The notes under the pieces: model-generated
What the model was told of the DNA's origin: nothing
The model's input: the letters and a program-made list of their open reading frames with translations, nothing else
The model's database searches: none
Assembly: GCA_037444665.1 (NCBI GenBank)
Contig: JBBILZ010000060.1
Span: forward strand, 1 to 13,081
From: a candidate division WOR-3 bacterium
GTDB lineage: Bacteria > Hydrothermota > Tepidihabitantia > SM23-42 > JAOAFX01
DNA length: 13,081 nt
Direction: 5' to 3'
Part shown: piece after piece, positions 1-9,136 of the stretch
Layout of the letters: each line of letters opens with the position of its first letter
How positions within the stretch are numbered: the stretch's first letter is position 1
Position numbers and translations under genes: made by a program

Positions 1-1
1 A

Positions 2-505
2 AAAGAATCCATTCGTTTAAATGAAATAGTTACTGATTTTTTAAATTTTTCACAATTCGTCCCAAAAAAGACCTATCCCACAAAGGTCAGTGACATCGTC
101 AATGAAGCATTAGCCGATGTAATAGCTCGTTTTGCAGAGAAGAATATTAAAATTGTCCGGCAGGGTGAAGATTTTGCCTGTTTGGCTGACATCAACCGGT
201 TAAAATCAGGTGTCGGTAATATTTTGAGCAATGCCTTTGAAGTAAGCAATCAGGGTCAGGAAATTTTAATAAAGACATGGAAGGACAATGCATTTGGCTG
301 GATTGAGATCACTGATTATGGTCCCGGAATAGTTAGAAAAGATTTAAAAAAAATCTTCACTCCTTTTTATACTACAAAAAAGGGCGGCACAGGCCTGGGA
401 CTTTCCATTGCTCAGAAAATCATTGAGGCGCATAATGGAAAAATAGAAGTATCAAGCAAAGTAGGTAAAGGTTCAACTTTCAGAATTCTTCTTCCGCTTG
501 CATAA
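2..505 (+). CDS. Sensor histidine kinase, C-terminal part (HATPase_c domain; NtrB/PilS-like); 5'-truncated by the window edge
   Basis: The frame is open from base 2 (KESIRLNEIVTDFLNFSQF...), so the track start at 182 is internal. N box NILSNAFE, G1 box DYGPG, F box FTPFYTTK, G2 box GTGLGL. Confidence 0.93.
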   Translation, partial: KESIRLNEIVTDFLNFSQFVPKKTYPTKVSDIVNEALADVIARFAEKNIKIVRQGEDFACLADINRLKSGVGNILSNAFEVSNQGQEILIKTWKDNAFGWIEITDYGPGIVRKDLKKIFTPFYTTKKGGTGLGLSIAQKIIEAHNGKIEVSSKVGKGSTFRILLPLA

Positions 506-547
506 ATGGATAGGTTAATATGACAAAGATATTCAATAACTAAAATT

Positions 548-1270
548 ATGGTGCGTAATATAAAACTTCATATTGAATACGATGGAACAGATTTTTATGG
601 CTGGCAGTATCAACCAGACAGAAGGACGGTTCAGGGTGAGATTGAAAATGCACTTAAAAAACTCACCGGTGAAGAGATCAAAGTCATTGGTGCAGGAAGG
701 ACTGACCAGGGTGTCCATGCCCTGGGTCAGGTTGCAAATTTTCACACCCGTTCACAATTAACATTGAGCCAGCTTCAGAGAGGAATCAATGCACTGATTG
801 GAGACGATGTTTATATTAGAGAAATTGGTGAAGTAGATGAACAATTTCATGCCCGTTTTTCAGCAAAGACAAAAATTTATCATTATTCTATTATCTTAAA
901 ACCATCACCACTCCAGCGCCGATATAACTGGTATGTGCCGTTCGCTTTTGATATAGAACTGATAAAAAAAGTAATACCGCAGATACAGGGTGAGCATGAT
1001 TTCACCCATTTTTCTGTTCATAATGGCAATAGTACAGGTATATGTTTGATGACAAATTTATCGTTGAAAGTTTCTGATTTTCAGATTACTATTGTCCTTG
1101 AGGCAAACCGATTTTTGCGCAAAATGGCAAGAGGAATCGTCGGTTTTTTGATAGACCTTGGTAGAGGTAGATTTGCGCCCGATGACATCAACCGTGTATT
1201 CGCCGGTGAAATCAAAGACCTATACTTTGCTCCGCCGCAGGGATTGTGTTTGATAAAGGTGAATTATTAG
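548..1270 (+). CDS. truA: tRNA pseudouridine(38-40) synthase
   Basis: IEYDGTDFYGWQYQ, GAGRTDQGVHA (catalytic Asp), FHARFSA, FLRKMAR and APPQGL motifs; 240 aa. Confidence 0.96.
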   Translation: MVRNIKLHIEYDGTDFYGWQYQPDRRTVQGEIENALKKLTGEEIKVIGAGRTDQGVHALGQVANFHTRSQLTLSQLQRGINALIGDDVYIREIGEVDEQFHARFSAKTKIYHYSIILKPSPLQRRYNWYVPFAFDIELIKKVIPQIQGEHDFTHFSVHNGNSTGICLMTNLSLKVSDFQITIVLEANRFLRKMARGIVGFLIDLGRGRFAPDDINRVFAGEIKDLYFAPPQGLCLIKVNY

Positions 1271-1292
1271 GCACGAAAGCCGATGTTAACTA

Positions 1293-1320
1293 TTGATTTT
1301 TTAAAATTTATCATTATATT
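1293..1320 (+). promoter_or_regulatory. Putative sigma70-type promoter for the tal-degP-wHTH unit
   Basis: TTGATT (1293-1298), 16-bp spacer, TATATT (1315-1320). Shine-Dalgarno AGGAG at 1344-1348 before the ATG at 1354. Confidence 0.5.
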
Positions 1321-1353
1321 TGATTATGAATAAAAAATTCAGCAGGAGAAAAA

Positions 1354-2004
1354 ATGAAATTATATCTTGATACTGCAAATATTGAAGAAATTAAAGAAAT
1401 TGCAAGCTGGGGTATTCTGGATGGTGTTACAACGAATCCGTCGCTGATGTCAAAAGAAAAAGGGGACTACAAAAAGATATTGAAAGAAATTTGTGATATT
1501 GTAAAAGGACCGGTAAGCGGTGAAGTTATCAGTTTAAAAACAGATGAGATGGTCAGAGAAGCAAGGGAATTGAGTAAGATAAGTGAATATCTCGTCATAA
1601 AGATTCCGTGCACGGTTGATGGGCTCAAGGCAACAAAGATTTTATCAAAAGATGGTATAAAAGTGAATATGACCCTGGTATTTTCACCAAATCAGGCAAT
1701 TCTTGCAGCGAAGGCGGGTGCAGCATATGTAAGCCCATTTGTCGGTAGACTTGATGATATTGGAAACCCAGGAGTTGAAGTGGTAAATGATATACAGACC
1801 ATCTATAGAAATTATGACTTCAAAACCCAGATTATCTTTGCATCAATCAGACATCCAGAACATTTACGCCAGGCAGCATTGATTGGTGTTGATATTGCCA
1901 CCATACCATATAAGGTCTTTATTCAACTTATCAGACATCCTCTTACTGATGTTGGGATAACGAAATTTCTTGAAGACTGGCAGAAAAAAAAGCCTGATAT
2001 TTAA
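1354..2004 (+). CDS. tal: Transaldolase, short TalC/FSA-like subfamily
   Basis: LYLDTAN, GVTTNPS, Schiff-base Lys in VIKIP, ASIR. Glu in PVSGEV and Phe in SPFVGR are the transaldolase-type residues (fructose-6-phosphate aldolase has Gln/Tyr there). Confidence 0.9.
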   Translation: MKLYLDTANIEEIKEIASWGILDGVTTNPSLMSKEKGDYKKILKEICDIVKGPVSGEVISLKTDEMVREARELSKISEYLVIKIPCTVDGLKATKILSKDGIKVNMTLVFSPNQAILAAKAGAAYVSPFVGRLDDIGNPGVEVVNDIQTIYRNYDFKTQIIFASIRHPEHLRQAALIGVDIATIPYKVFIQLIRHPLTDVGITKFLEDWQKKKPDI

Positions 2005-2010
2005 AAGAAT

Positions 2011-3447
2011 ATGAAGGTTAAAGAGATTATTGCAGGATGCATCGGCTTTATAATTTGTCTTGTCAGTTTATTCTTATACAATCACTTTAAGGCAAAGCCA
2101 GAATATCATAATCTGGACTATCTTCGGTTGGTTAATGTAAACGACGAAATATCAAAACAGCGAATGAATGCCATTGTCCTTGCGAGTAACAGGGTAGGAC
2201 CGTCCGTTGTTTCAATCACGGTTATCCAGACGCGCATTATTTCAGTTTCGCCATTTAATGATGAATTCTTCCGTCAATTCTTTGGTGATTTCTTCCCAGA
2301 GCAGCGTTATCAGCAAAAAATTAAAAGTCTTGGTTCCGGTGTAATTATCTCACCGGATGGCTATATTCTGACCAATGAGCATGTTGTATCAAATGCTACT
2401 GAAATAAATATCACGCTACCTGATGCGCGCCAATATAAGGCAAATATTATTGCATCAGATCGTGCCCTGGATCTGGCATTGTTGAAAATTGATGCCCATA
2501 ATCTTCCCTATGCCGAGCTCGGCAACTCGGATGATTTAATGATTGGTGAATGGGTGATTGCCCTGGGCAATCCATTTGGTTTCTTGCTTGAGGATACCAG
2601 ACCTACGGTAACGGTTGGTGTTATATCTGCACTCAATCGCGCAATAAAATCTACTTATGAAGAAAGGATATACAAAGATATGATTCAAACTGATGCGGCA
2701 ATAAATCCAGGTAATTCTGGTGGACCGCTTGTAAATATCCTTGGCCAGGTGATTGGAATAAATACATTTATTTTTACTTCAAGCGGTGGCTCTGAAGGAG
2801 TTGGTTTTGCACGGCCAATAAATGTAGTAAAAAAATTTATCACTGAGACCAAACAATTTGGCAAAATTCGGAATGCCTGGATCGGTATCTGGGTACAGGA
2901 GATCACCGCGGAAATTGCTGAGGCATTGGGTATGGAACAACGTGGGGTTCTGGTCAGCAATGTTGACCCTGATAGCCCGGCCCAAGCCTCTGGTATCAAA
3001 GAAGGAGATAGAATCATTGTGGTTAACAATGAATTGATAAATAGTGTCTCTGCCTGGGACCGTATTACTACAAATATCTTTGTTGGTGATACTCTGAATA
3101 TTGGATTTTATCGGGGAAGCGATTCAATGGGAGTGAGCTTTGTCGTAAAAGAATTTAAAGAATCCAGTGCCTTTGCCTCAAAGTTGGGGATTTATGTTGA
3201 TGATATTAATCTATTCCTGGCAAAAAAGTATGGGCTGGGATATAAACAGGGCGTGGTTGTGACAAAGGTTGATGATGGAAGCATTGGTAAAAAATTGGGT
3301 TTTGCACCGGGCGATGTGATTCTGAGAATTGGAGATATAAGAATAAGAAACAGAGAGGATTTTAAAAAAGCACTTGCTGATTTTAAGAATAAATATTTTA
3401 TCATTGACCGGGGTGGACTAATATTCCAGATCTGGCTCCAAGGTTAG
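2011..3447 (+). CDS. htrA: DegP/DegQ (HtrA, Do family) serine endoprotease with N-terminal membrane anchor and two PDZ domains
   Basis: Catalytic triad in TNEHVV, DLALL and GNSGGPL; IQTDAAIN; two PDZ-like segments (AWIGIWVQ...GIKEGDRI and LGIYVDD...GFAPGDVI); hydrophobic N-terminus. Confidence 0.93.
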   Translation: MKVKEIIAGCIGFIICLVSLFLYNHFKAKPEYHNLDYLRLVNVNDEISKQRMNAIVLASNRVGPSVVSITVIQTRIISVSPFNDEFFRQFFGDFFPEQRYQQKIKSLGSGVIISPDGYILTNEHVVSNATEINITLPDARQYKANIIASDRALDLALLKIDAHNLPYAELGNSDDLMIGEWVIALGNPFGFLLEDTRPTVTVGVISALNRAIKSTYEERIYKDMIQTDAAINPGNSGGPLVNILGQVIGINTFIFTSSGGSEGVGFARPINVVKKFITETKQFGKIRNAWIGIWVQEITAEIAEALGMEQRGVLVSNVDPDSPAQASGIKEGDRIIVVNNELINSVSAWDRITTNIFVGDTLNIGFYRGSDSMGVSFVVKEFKESSAFASKLGIYVDDINLFLAKKYGLGYKQGVVVTKVDDGSIGKKLGFAPGDVILRIGDIRIRNREDFKKALADFKNKYFIIDRGGLIFQIWLQG

Positions 3448-3468
3448 AGTAGGTTATTTACAAAGCTT

Positions 3469-4035
3469 ATGACAAATATTGAAATAAGACGGAAGATTTT
3501 AGAAATGGTGTATGAACAATTTAAAGAGCATCCCTATTACCGCATTACCCCAAAAGAATTCAAAGAAAGATTAAATATTGATTTAAAGACCTTAAATTTT
3601 AATATTGTTTATCTTGAAGAGAAAGGTTATATTGAACTTCAGAAGCCACTGGAAGGGAGTCTCTTTGTGGGCGCACGCATTACCAGTAAGGGTGTGGACC
3701 TGGTTGAAGATGAGTATCAGTTTGATATCACATTTCCAGTAGACAAGGATACATCAGCAATACAGATAAATATTTTTAAGGAGCTCAATTTGCTAATTGA
3801 TAAAATAAATAGTAGCAGTGAGTTGAGCAATGATACAAAAGAGTTGCTTGTTGAAGAAGTAAAAGAGATCCAAAAAGAATTGAAGCGGATTGAACCGAGC
3901 TATAGCCGTGTGAAACTATTTCTTGACAGAATAAGGCAACATAATTATGAAATCGGCGAGCAGATAATGGCGCTCCTCAAAAATCCAGTAATTTCTTATA
4001 TCCTTGAAAAATCTGCAAAGAAGGAATTGGAGTAA
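3469..4035 (+). CDS. Hypothetical protein with N-terminal winged-helix-like domain and C-terminal helical region
   Basis: 188-aa ORF co-oriented 21 bp after htrA. RRKILEMVY...IVYLEEKGYIE...ARITSKGVDLVE follows the wHTH pattern. Confidence 0.7.
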   Translation: MTNIEIRRKILEMVYEQFKEHPYYRITPKEFKERLNIDLKTLNFNIVYLEEKGYIELQKPLEGSLFVGARITSKGVDLVEDEYQFDITFPVDKDTSAIQINIFKELNLLIDKINSSSELSNDTKELLVEEVKEIQKELKRIEPSYSRVKLFLDRIRQHNYEIGEQIMALLKNPVISYILEKSAKKELE

Positions 4036-4051
4036 TTGAACTGATTACGGG

Positions 4052-4393
4052 TCACTTATCATCATTCATCGTTCTTAGCTCTTCTTCGCCAAATCCAAAA
4101 TAGTGGCCAATTTCGTGGAGTAAGACATCGTAAATAATTTTTTTAATACCTTGTTCAGTCTTACCAAAATTCTCAATATTTATTTTAAATAGCGTAATTT
4201 TATCAGGTAGAACATTACCATACCATACTCCTCGTTTTTTTAGCGGAACTCCCTGGTATAAACCGAGCAAAGATTCTTGAGGAATTGGACTATCTTCAAT
4301 AACAAGCTCTACATTAATTAATTTATCACGAAGGATTTTTGGCAATTGCTTTAATGAATCTCTGACAATCTCTTCAAATTGCTCTTTGGTCAA
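4052..4393 (-). CDS. Minimal zincin-like metallopeptidase (Zincin_1-type)
   Basis: LLGLYQGVPL, PDKITLF and HEIGHYFG (HExxH). TTG start, with GAGG overlapping the upstream gene's stop codon. Confidence 0.88.
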   Translation of the reverse strand: MTKEQFEEIVRDSLKQLPKILRDKLINVELVIEDSPIPQESLLGLYQGVPLKKRGVWYGNVLPDKITLFKINIENFGKTEQGIKKIIYDVLLHEIGHYFGFGEEELRTMNDDK

Positions 4394-4399
4394 AACGCC

Positions 4400-5506
4400 T
4401 CATCTGTTTTGTGAAACCATATTTTTACCAATTATGATTTTTGCTATATTTAAAGCAGAATTCTGTTTACCGAGCCTTAACAAATTTTTTTTCATCTCCA
4501 CAATCTTTTCAGGATGGGCAAGTAAATCAGCAATAACTTTTTTTGCATTTTCTTTTGTGATTTTCAGTGCCGCATTATGCTTAATAAAGAACTCTTCGTT
4601 TTTGTCTTCAAGTCCGGGTATAGAATTGGCTAATAATAGGCAGGGACCAGACTTTGTTGCTTCTGTAGTGGTAATCCCTCCGGCTTTGGTTATTAAAATA
4701 TCGCATGCCGCAATCAATTCCTGAATCCTGTCAACCATTCCATAAACATTTAAATGTGCCCTTCCCTTTAATCTTTTAATCTGCTCCATTGCTTCTCTGT
4801 TTTCTCCGCATAAGACTAACAGGTCATAATCAAAATCAATAATCTCCTGAACGATTTCAAACCACTCGCCACCAAAGACCTTACTGCCCATAATCACCAC
4901 TGAGATGCGCTCAGGACTAAGACCAAATCTTTTCCGTGCGATACTCTTATCAATTTCACCTTCAAGGGCAAGGTTCACTGGAATGCCCAGGGGATGGATC
5001 TTTAATTTCTCGGCACCATAATTTGATGTCTGGGTTATCAAATCTTCATTGGGAATAAAATAGTCATCAATTTCTTTATTGACCCAGTGGGGATGTATAT
5101 AGTAATCAGTGACCACAACTCCAATGCGGTAGCCGAAATTTTTTTTATATAATGCTGAATAATACGCAGGAGAGAAGTGGGCACACAGGATATAATCGGG
5201 TTGAAATTCCCGGAGCAAATGGGAAAAGTTATAAGCAGTTATCTTATGAAAGAAATAGAGCAATTTATTGCTTCCACTTTTAACTCCAGTGCCCTGATAG
5301 AATATTTTCAAAAGCCAGAGTGCATTTTTCTGGGCAAATTCATAGATGTTTTTATACGTATAGCCATATATGGGCAGGACCCAATCAAAGCAATTTTCAA
5401 ATCGTACCTCAGAATTAGGTGATAATCTTTCTATTGCCTGTTTGATTGCAGTTGCTGCCTTGATATGACCAGCACCAATTGGTACTGCAAGCAAAAGGAT
5501 TTTCAT
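4400..5506 (-). CDS. MGDG synthase / UgtP-like GT28 diacylglycerol glycosyltransferase
   Basis: GAGH, VVTDYYIHPHW, GIPV, ITKAGGITTTEA and IPGLEDKN motifs; 368 aa. Confidence 0.87.
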   Translation of the reverse strand: MKILLLAVPIGAGHIKAATAIKQAIERLSPNSEVRFENCFDWVLPIYGYTYKNIYEFAQKNALWLLKIFYQGTGVKSGSNKLLYFFHKITAYNFSHLLREFQPDYILCAHFSPAYYSALYKKNFGYRIGVVVTDYYIHPHWVNKEIDDYFIPNEDLITQTSNYGAEKLKIHPLGIPVNLALEGEIDKSIARKRFGLSPERISVVIMGSKVFGGEWFEIVQEIIDFDYDLLVLCGENREAMEQIKRLKGRAHLNVYGMVDRIQELIAACDILITKAGGITTTEATKSGPCLLLANSIPGLEDKNEEFFIKHNAALKITKENAKKVIADLLAHPEKIVEMKKNLLRLGKQNSALNIAKIIIGKNMVSQNR

Positions 5507-5511
5507 ACATA

Positions 5512-5539
5512 ATTATAACTACATTCCTTGACTTTTCAA
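5512..5539 (-). promoter_or_regulatory. Putative sigma70 promoter of the glycosyltransferase-zincin unit; probably leaderless
   Basis: Minus strand TTGAAA (5539-5534), 16 bp, TATAAT (5517-5512). The ATG follows after 5 nt, with no Shine-Dalgarno. Confidence 0.65.
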
Positions 5540-5555
5540 GAGTTTTAGATATTAT
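5528..5555 (+). promoter_or_regulatory. Putative sigma70 promoter of the lipoprotein-MFS unit
   Basis: TTGACT (5528-5533), 16 bp, TATTAT (5550-5555). AGGGGG precedes the TTG start at 5577. Confidence 0.6.
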
Positions 5556-5576
5556 TATTTATAAAAAGGGGGTACT

Positions 5577-5960
5577 TTGAAAAAAATTATATTTTTAATA
5601 TTACTTACTTTTACTATATTCAATTGTAGACAAAAAGAGGAATTATATTTTTGCCATCTCTATGGATGGATGCAATATGATTCCACGCGCATTAACGGAA
5701 TCGTCCTTATGGTCAGGGACATAAATCCAGAGAATACTGCATATTTTAGATTCAGAACCGACACCACAGGTTATTCGCCTGATTCACTCCCTGGTTTTTT
5801 TGAGATGGATAGTGTCTGTTATGGAACTTCAAATTTTCAGGGTAGTCAGATTGTGGCAGTCCTGGTAGATAGTATTGATAATCCTGGCTGGCCCAGGCAA
5901 TATTGGTATTTGGACCTGAAGAGTAGTGTGGATACAGTGGAACTCAGTCTTACAAAGTGA
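5577..5960 (+). CDS. Hypothetical lipoprotein
   Basis: TTG start with purine-rich RBS. MKK plus a hydrophobic stretch ending TIFN-C17 (lipobox-like). Mature part looks beta-rich. Confidence 0.7.
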   Translation: MKKIIFLILLTFTIFNCRQKEELYFCHLYGWMQYDSTRINGIVLMVRDINPENTAYFRFRTDTTGYSPDSLPGFFEMDSVCYGTSNFQGSQIVAVLVDSIDNPGWPRQYWYLDLKSSVDTVELSLTK

Positions 5961-6004
5961 GATAATAATTTACAGAATATAAAAATTGCAGGGAAGCATC
6001 ACAT

Positions 6005-7204
6005 ATGGATGAAAACAAACAATCAAATAATAAGCGTTTCTCCTCTTTTTTGACACACAATATATTTGTCCTTGGTCTGGTGAGTCTATTCACTGATTTA
6101 TCAACCGAGATGTCCTATGCAATCATTCCTATCTTTCTTAAAGAAGTTCTCAAGGCACAACCTGTATTCATTGGGCTTATAGAGGCAATAGCAGAATCCA
6201 CTGCCAGTATTTTAAAAACATTTTCCGGATATATTTCAGACAGATTAAAGAAAAGAAAATTATTTATATTTATTGGATATACATTATCAGCGGTTGTTAA
6301 GCCCCTACTTGCATTAGCTACCCAGAGCTGGCATGTACTCATAATGCGATTTGCTGACCGCTTTGGAAAAGGTATAAGAACCGCGCCAAGGGATGCGCTG
6401 ATTGCAGAATCTACCAAAGAAGATTATTATGGAAGGGCATATGGTTTTCATCGGGCAATGGATACAATGGGCGCAATCCTTGGACCGCTTCTGGCATTTA
6501 TGATATTATCAATTTCACATCAAAATTATAGAATTTTGTTTGCCCTTGCCTTTATTCCCGGGCTCATTGCCATCTTTTTAATTATCTTCGGAGTAAAAGA
6601 GATTATCCAGGGAACAAAAGGAATCTTTAAATTTTCTTTTAAATATATCAATGCACAATTAAAAACTTTTTTAATTATTGTCATAATATTTACATTGGGC
6701 AATTCTTCTGATGCATTCTTATTATTGAGGGCAAGAGAGCTAGGGCTCGGTGTGCCCTTGATTCCCATATTGTGGTTGGTATTCAATATTTCATACTTTC
6801 TCTGGTCATATCCAGCAGGAGTGATTTCAGACCGGATTGGCAGAAAAAAGACCATAATCTTTGGATTTTTAATCTATACTGCTACATATACTTTTCTTGC
6901 ATTAAATAATAGAACTGCCTTGCTCTGGCCTATCTTTATTATGTACGGGCTTTATTATGGCTTTACCGAAGGTAATTTAAGGGCGTATGTTGCCGACTTA
7001 ACTTTACCAGAGCATAGAGGAACAATCTTTGGCATTTACCACACCATTGTGGGAATTATCTTATTGCCAGCGAATCTGCTTATGGGTTATCTCTGGCAGA
7101 GGTTCGGATTTGGAATTGCACTTTTGACCGGTGCCATATTCTCCATAATCGCGGCTTTACTTTTTATTGGTTTTGTAAAAGTTAAGAGTAGTGATAAATC
7201 TTAA
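6005..7204 (+). CDS. Major facilitator superfamily transporter
   Basis: About 12 hydrophobic segments; motif A copies GYISDRLKKRK and GVISDRIGRKK; DRFGKGIRTAPRDALIA; GRAYGFHRAMDTMGA. Confidence 0.93.
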   Translation: MDENKQSNNKRFSSFLTHNIFVLGLVSLFTDLSTEMSYAIIPIFLKEVLKAQPVFIGLIEAIAESTASILKTFSGYISDRLKKRKLFIFIGYTLSAVVKPLLALATQSWHVLIMRFADRFGKGIRTAPRDALIAESTKEDYYGRAYGFHRAMDTMGAILGPLLAFMILSISHQNYRILFALAFIPGLIAIFLIIFGVKEIIQGTKGIFKFSFKYINAQLKTFLIIVIIFTLGNSSDAFLLLRARELGLGVPLIPILWLVFNISYFLWSYPAGVISDRIGRKKTIIFGFLIYTATYTFLALNNRTALLWPIFIMYGLYYGFTEGNLRAYVADLTLPEHRGTIFGIYHTIVGIILLPANLLMGYLWQRFGFGIALLTGAIFSIIAALLFIGFVKVKSSDKS

Positions 7205-7211
7205 AAATCTT

Positions 7212-7499
7212 TTATTTTTCTCTTTTTTCCTCCTGTGATAATCTATTTTTTATCTCATTCATTCTGATCTCTGCATTACTAAAACTCCGGTCAAGTTGCA
7301 CGGCTTTTTCATACATATTCTTTGCTTCTTCCCATCTTCCTGCTCCCTCATAGGCAAGACCCAGATAATAATATAATTCCGGGTCATGGGGGTTTATCTT
7401 TAATGCCGCACTGAATTTCACTATTGCTTTATCATACTCCTTATTAAGGAGATACGATTGTCCTATTTCTAATAAAACTTCAATTTCTCCTGATTGCAT
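7212..7499 (-). CDS. Small tetratricopeptide-repeat protein (about 2 TPRs)
   Basis: IGQSYLLNKEYDKAIVKFSAALKINP and LGLAYEGAGRWEEAKNMYEKAVQLD match TPR spacing. Purine-rich AAAGGAAAGGAG upstream. Confidence 0.85.
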   Translation of the reverse strand: MQSGEIEVLLEIGQSYLLNKEYDKAIVKFSAALKINPHDPELYYYLGLAYEGAGRWEEAKNMYEKAVQLDRSFSNAEIRMNEIKNRLSQEEKREK

Positions 7500-7547
7500 G
7501 CTCCTTTCCTTTTTTAAAGATAACTATAACCATCATTGGATATTGTA

Positions 7548-9077
7548 TCACTTTATTGCACCATGGATAATTGTATCAAGTAAAAAATCGTCATCCTTTT
7601 CGGGATAGTCTAACATATAGTGCAATCCTCGTGATTCCTTCCTGATTAGACAGGATTCAACGACTAACCTCGCAACCAGCAACATATTTCTTGATTCAGC
7701 ATTTATCAGATGCACACCCGGGTCAAATTTTTTATTAAATTCATTGAGCATCTCGCTTGCCTTAATCAAACCTGCTTCACTTCTTATGACATTTGCGTAT
7801 TGAGACATCAACTGTTTTATCTGAATCTTAAAATCGGGTCCGGTTTGTGCAATTGGTTTTAATTTTGGTGTTTTTTTAATCTTCAGGGTTTTGATATGCG
7901 AAATTCTTTTGGCCGCGCGTGTAGCAAAAACGAGCGCTTCAAGTAAAGAATTTGAGGCAAGGCGATTTGCACCATGAACACCGGTAAAGGCACATTCTCC
8001 GAGTGCAAACAAACGTTCTATTGAGGTTTCGCCCCAGGTATTTACTCTTATCCCGCCGCATAGATAATGGGCTGCCGGCACCACTGGTATGGGTTCGCGC
8101 GTAATATCTATACCCCAGCGAAGGCAGGTCTCATAAATTGTCGGAAATCTATTTTTGACATAATCGGGCTTGAGGTGTGTAACATCAAGAAGCACATAGG
8201 GGTCATTGTTTTCAAACATTTCAGTGACACAGGCTCGGGCAACAACATCGCGCGGTGCAAGATTTTCAAGAGGATGGTATTTTTTCATAAATGGCTTACC
8301 CGATTTGGTTTTTAAAATACCGCCTTCTCCACGCACTGCCTCAGAAACAAGAAATGAACGGCCATCTATTTTGACATTATATACTGCAGTGGGATGGAAC
8401 TGCACAAATTCCATATTAGCAATCTCGGCTCCTGCACGATAAGCCATAGCAATACCATCACCCGTGGCAATTGGTGGATTGGTTGTATGCTCATATATTT
8501 GACCTATGCCACCCGTTGCAAGTATTGTAGCACTGGCAAAGATTGTTTCAATGCGCTGGGTATCAACATCAAAATAATAGATACCAAGACATTCGCCATC
8601 CTGCACAATTAAATCCAGAACTACCTCATTCTCGCTGACATTTATAGCAAATTTTTTTGCTTCTTCAATTAAAACTCGCTCAATTTCCTGGCCTGTATAA
8701 TCGCGTGCATGGACAATACGTCTATGCGAATGTCCACCTTCCTGTCCAAGTTCAAAATTACCATTCTGGTCCACTGAGAATCTACAGCCCATTTGATACA
8801 ATTCCTTTATCAATGCCGGTCCTTCTTTGACCATAATTTCTACTGCATCCTTGTGGCATAGTCCATCACCTACCCTTATAGTATCTTCAATATGACTTTC
8901 AAAAGAATCGTCTTTTCCAAAAACACCGGCAATACCTCCCTGGGCATAATTGGTATTTGATTCTGCTTTATGTTTTTTGGTAAGGACAAGCACACTGCCG
9001 TATTTTGCACTTTTGGTTGCAAAGGTCAGCCCGGCAACACCGGAACCCACAACCAGAAAATCCACTTTTCTGGCCAT
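7548..9077 (-). CDS. nadB: L-aspartate oxidase
   Basis: GSGVAG FAD-binding motif, NTNYAQGGIA, EGGHS, FVQFHPT, SEAVRGEG, LAPRDVVAR, AHYLCGG, HGANRLASNSL. Tandem ATGs at 9080 and 9077; 9077 preferred from promoter geometry. Confidence 0.94.
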   Translation of the reverse strand: MARKVDFLVVGSGVAGLTFATKSAKYGSVLVLTKKHKAESNTNYAQGGIAGVFGKDDSFESHIEDTIRVGDGLCHKDAVEIMVKEGPALIKELYQMGCRFSVDQNGNFELGQEGGHSHRRIVHARDYTGQEIERVLIEEAKKFAINVSENEVVLDLIVQDGECLGIYYFDVDTQRIETIFASATILATGGIGQIYEHTTNPPIATGDGIAMAYRAGAEIANMEFVQFHPTAVYNVKIDGRSFLVSEAVRGEGGILKTKSGKPFMKKYHPLENLAPRDVVARACVTEMFENNDPYVLLDVTHLKPDYVKNRFPTIYETCLRWGIDITREPIPVVPAAHYLCGGIRVNTWGETSIERLFALGECAFTGVHGANRLASNSLLEALVFATRAAKRISHIKTLKIKKTPKLKPIAQTGPDFKIQIKQLMSQYANVIRSEAGLIKASEMLNEFNKKFDPGVHLINAESRNMLLVARLVVESCLIRKESRGLHYMLDYPEKDDDFLLDTIIHGAIK

Positions 9078-9083
9078 CATAAT

Positions 9084-9111
9084 ATTTTACATAAAATTCT
9101 TTTAAAGTCAA
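9084..9111 (-). promoter_or_regulatory. Putative sigma70 promoter of nadB; probably leaderless
   Basis: Minus strand TTGACT (9111-9106), 16 bp, TAAAAT (9089-9084). Second ATG lies 6 nt downstream, with no Shine-Dalgarno. Confidence 0.65.
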
Positions 9112-9136
9112 CAAAAAATTTGATTCTCCCTGATTA

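Noticed and set aside
182..505. 107-aa ORF starting at TTG 182 as a complete gene
   Set aside because: The frame is open to the window edge and encodes kinase sequence upstream, so 182 is an internal Leu.
520..546. Possible truA promoter ATGACA-15-TAAAAT
   Set aside because: The spacer is 15 bp and the -10 box is only 1 nt from the ATG; too weak in AT-rich DNA.
533..761. ORFs 533..745 (-) and 573..761 (+)
   Set aside because: Shadow frames overlapping truA, with no recognisable motifs.
1354..2004. Fructose-6-phosphate aldolase (fsa) assignment
   Set aside because: It has the transaldolase Glu/Phe pair rather than Gln/Tyr.
2685..3404. Antisense ORFs 2685..3029, 2779..2985 and 3192..3404
   Set aside because: They lie wholly inside htrA on the opposite strand and have no motifs.
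4386..5422. ORFs 4386..4724 and 5177..5422 (+)
   Set aside because: Antisense to the well-supported glycosyltransferase.
6115..6855. ORFs 6115..6417 and 6526..6855 (-)
   Set aside because: Antisense shadows of the MFS gene.
4052..7204. Zincin peptidase and MFS transporter as members of the rSAM cluster
   Set aside because: They are 4-7 kb away, in separate transcription units separated by housekeeping genes.
8067..8612. Three + strand ORFs within nadB
   Set aside because: Antisense shadows of nadB.
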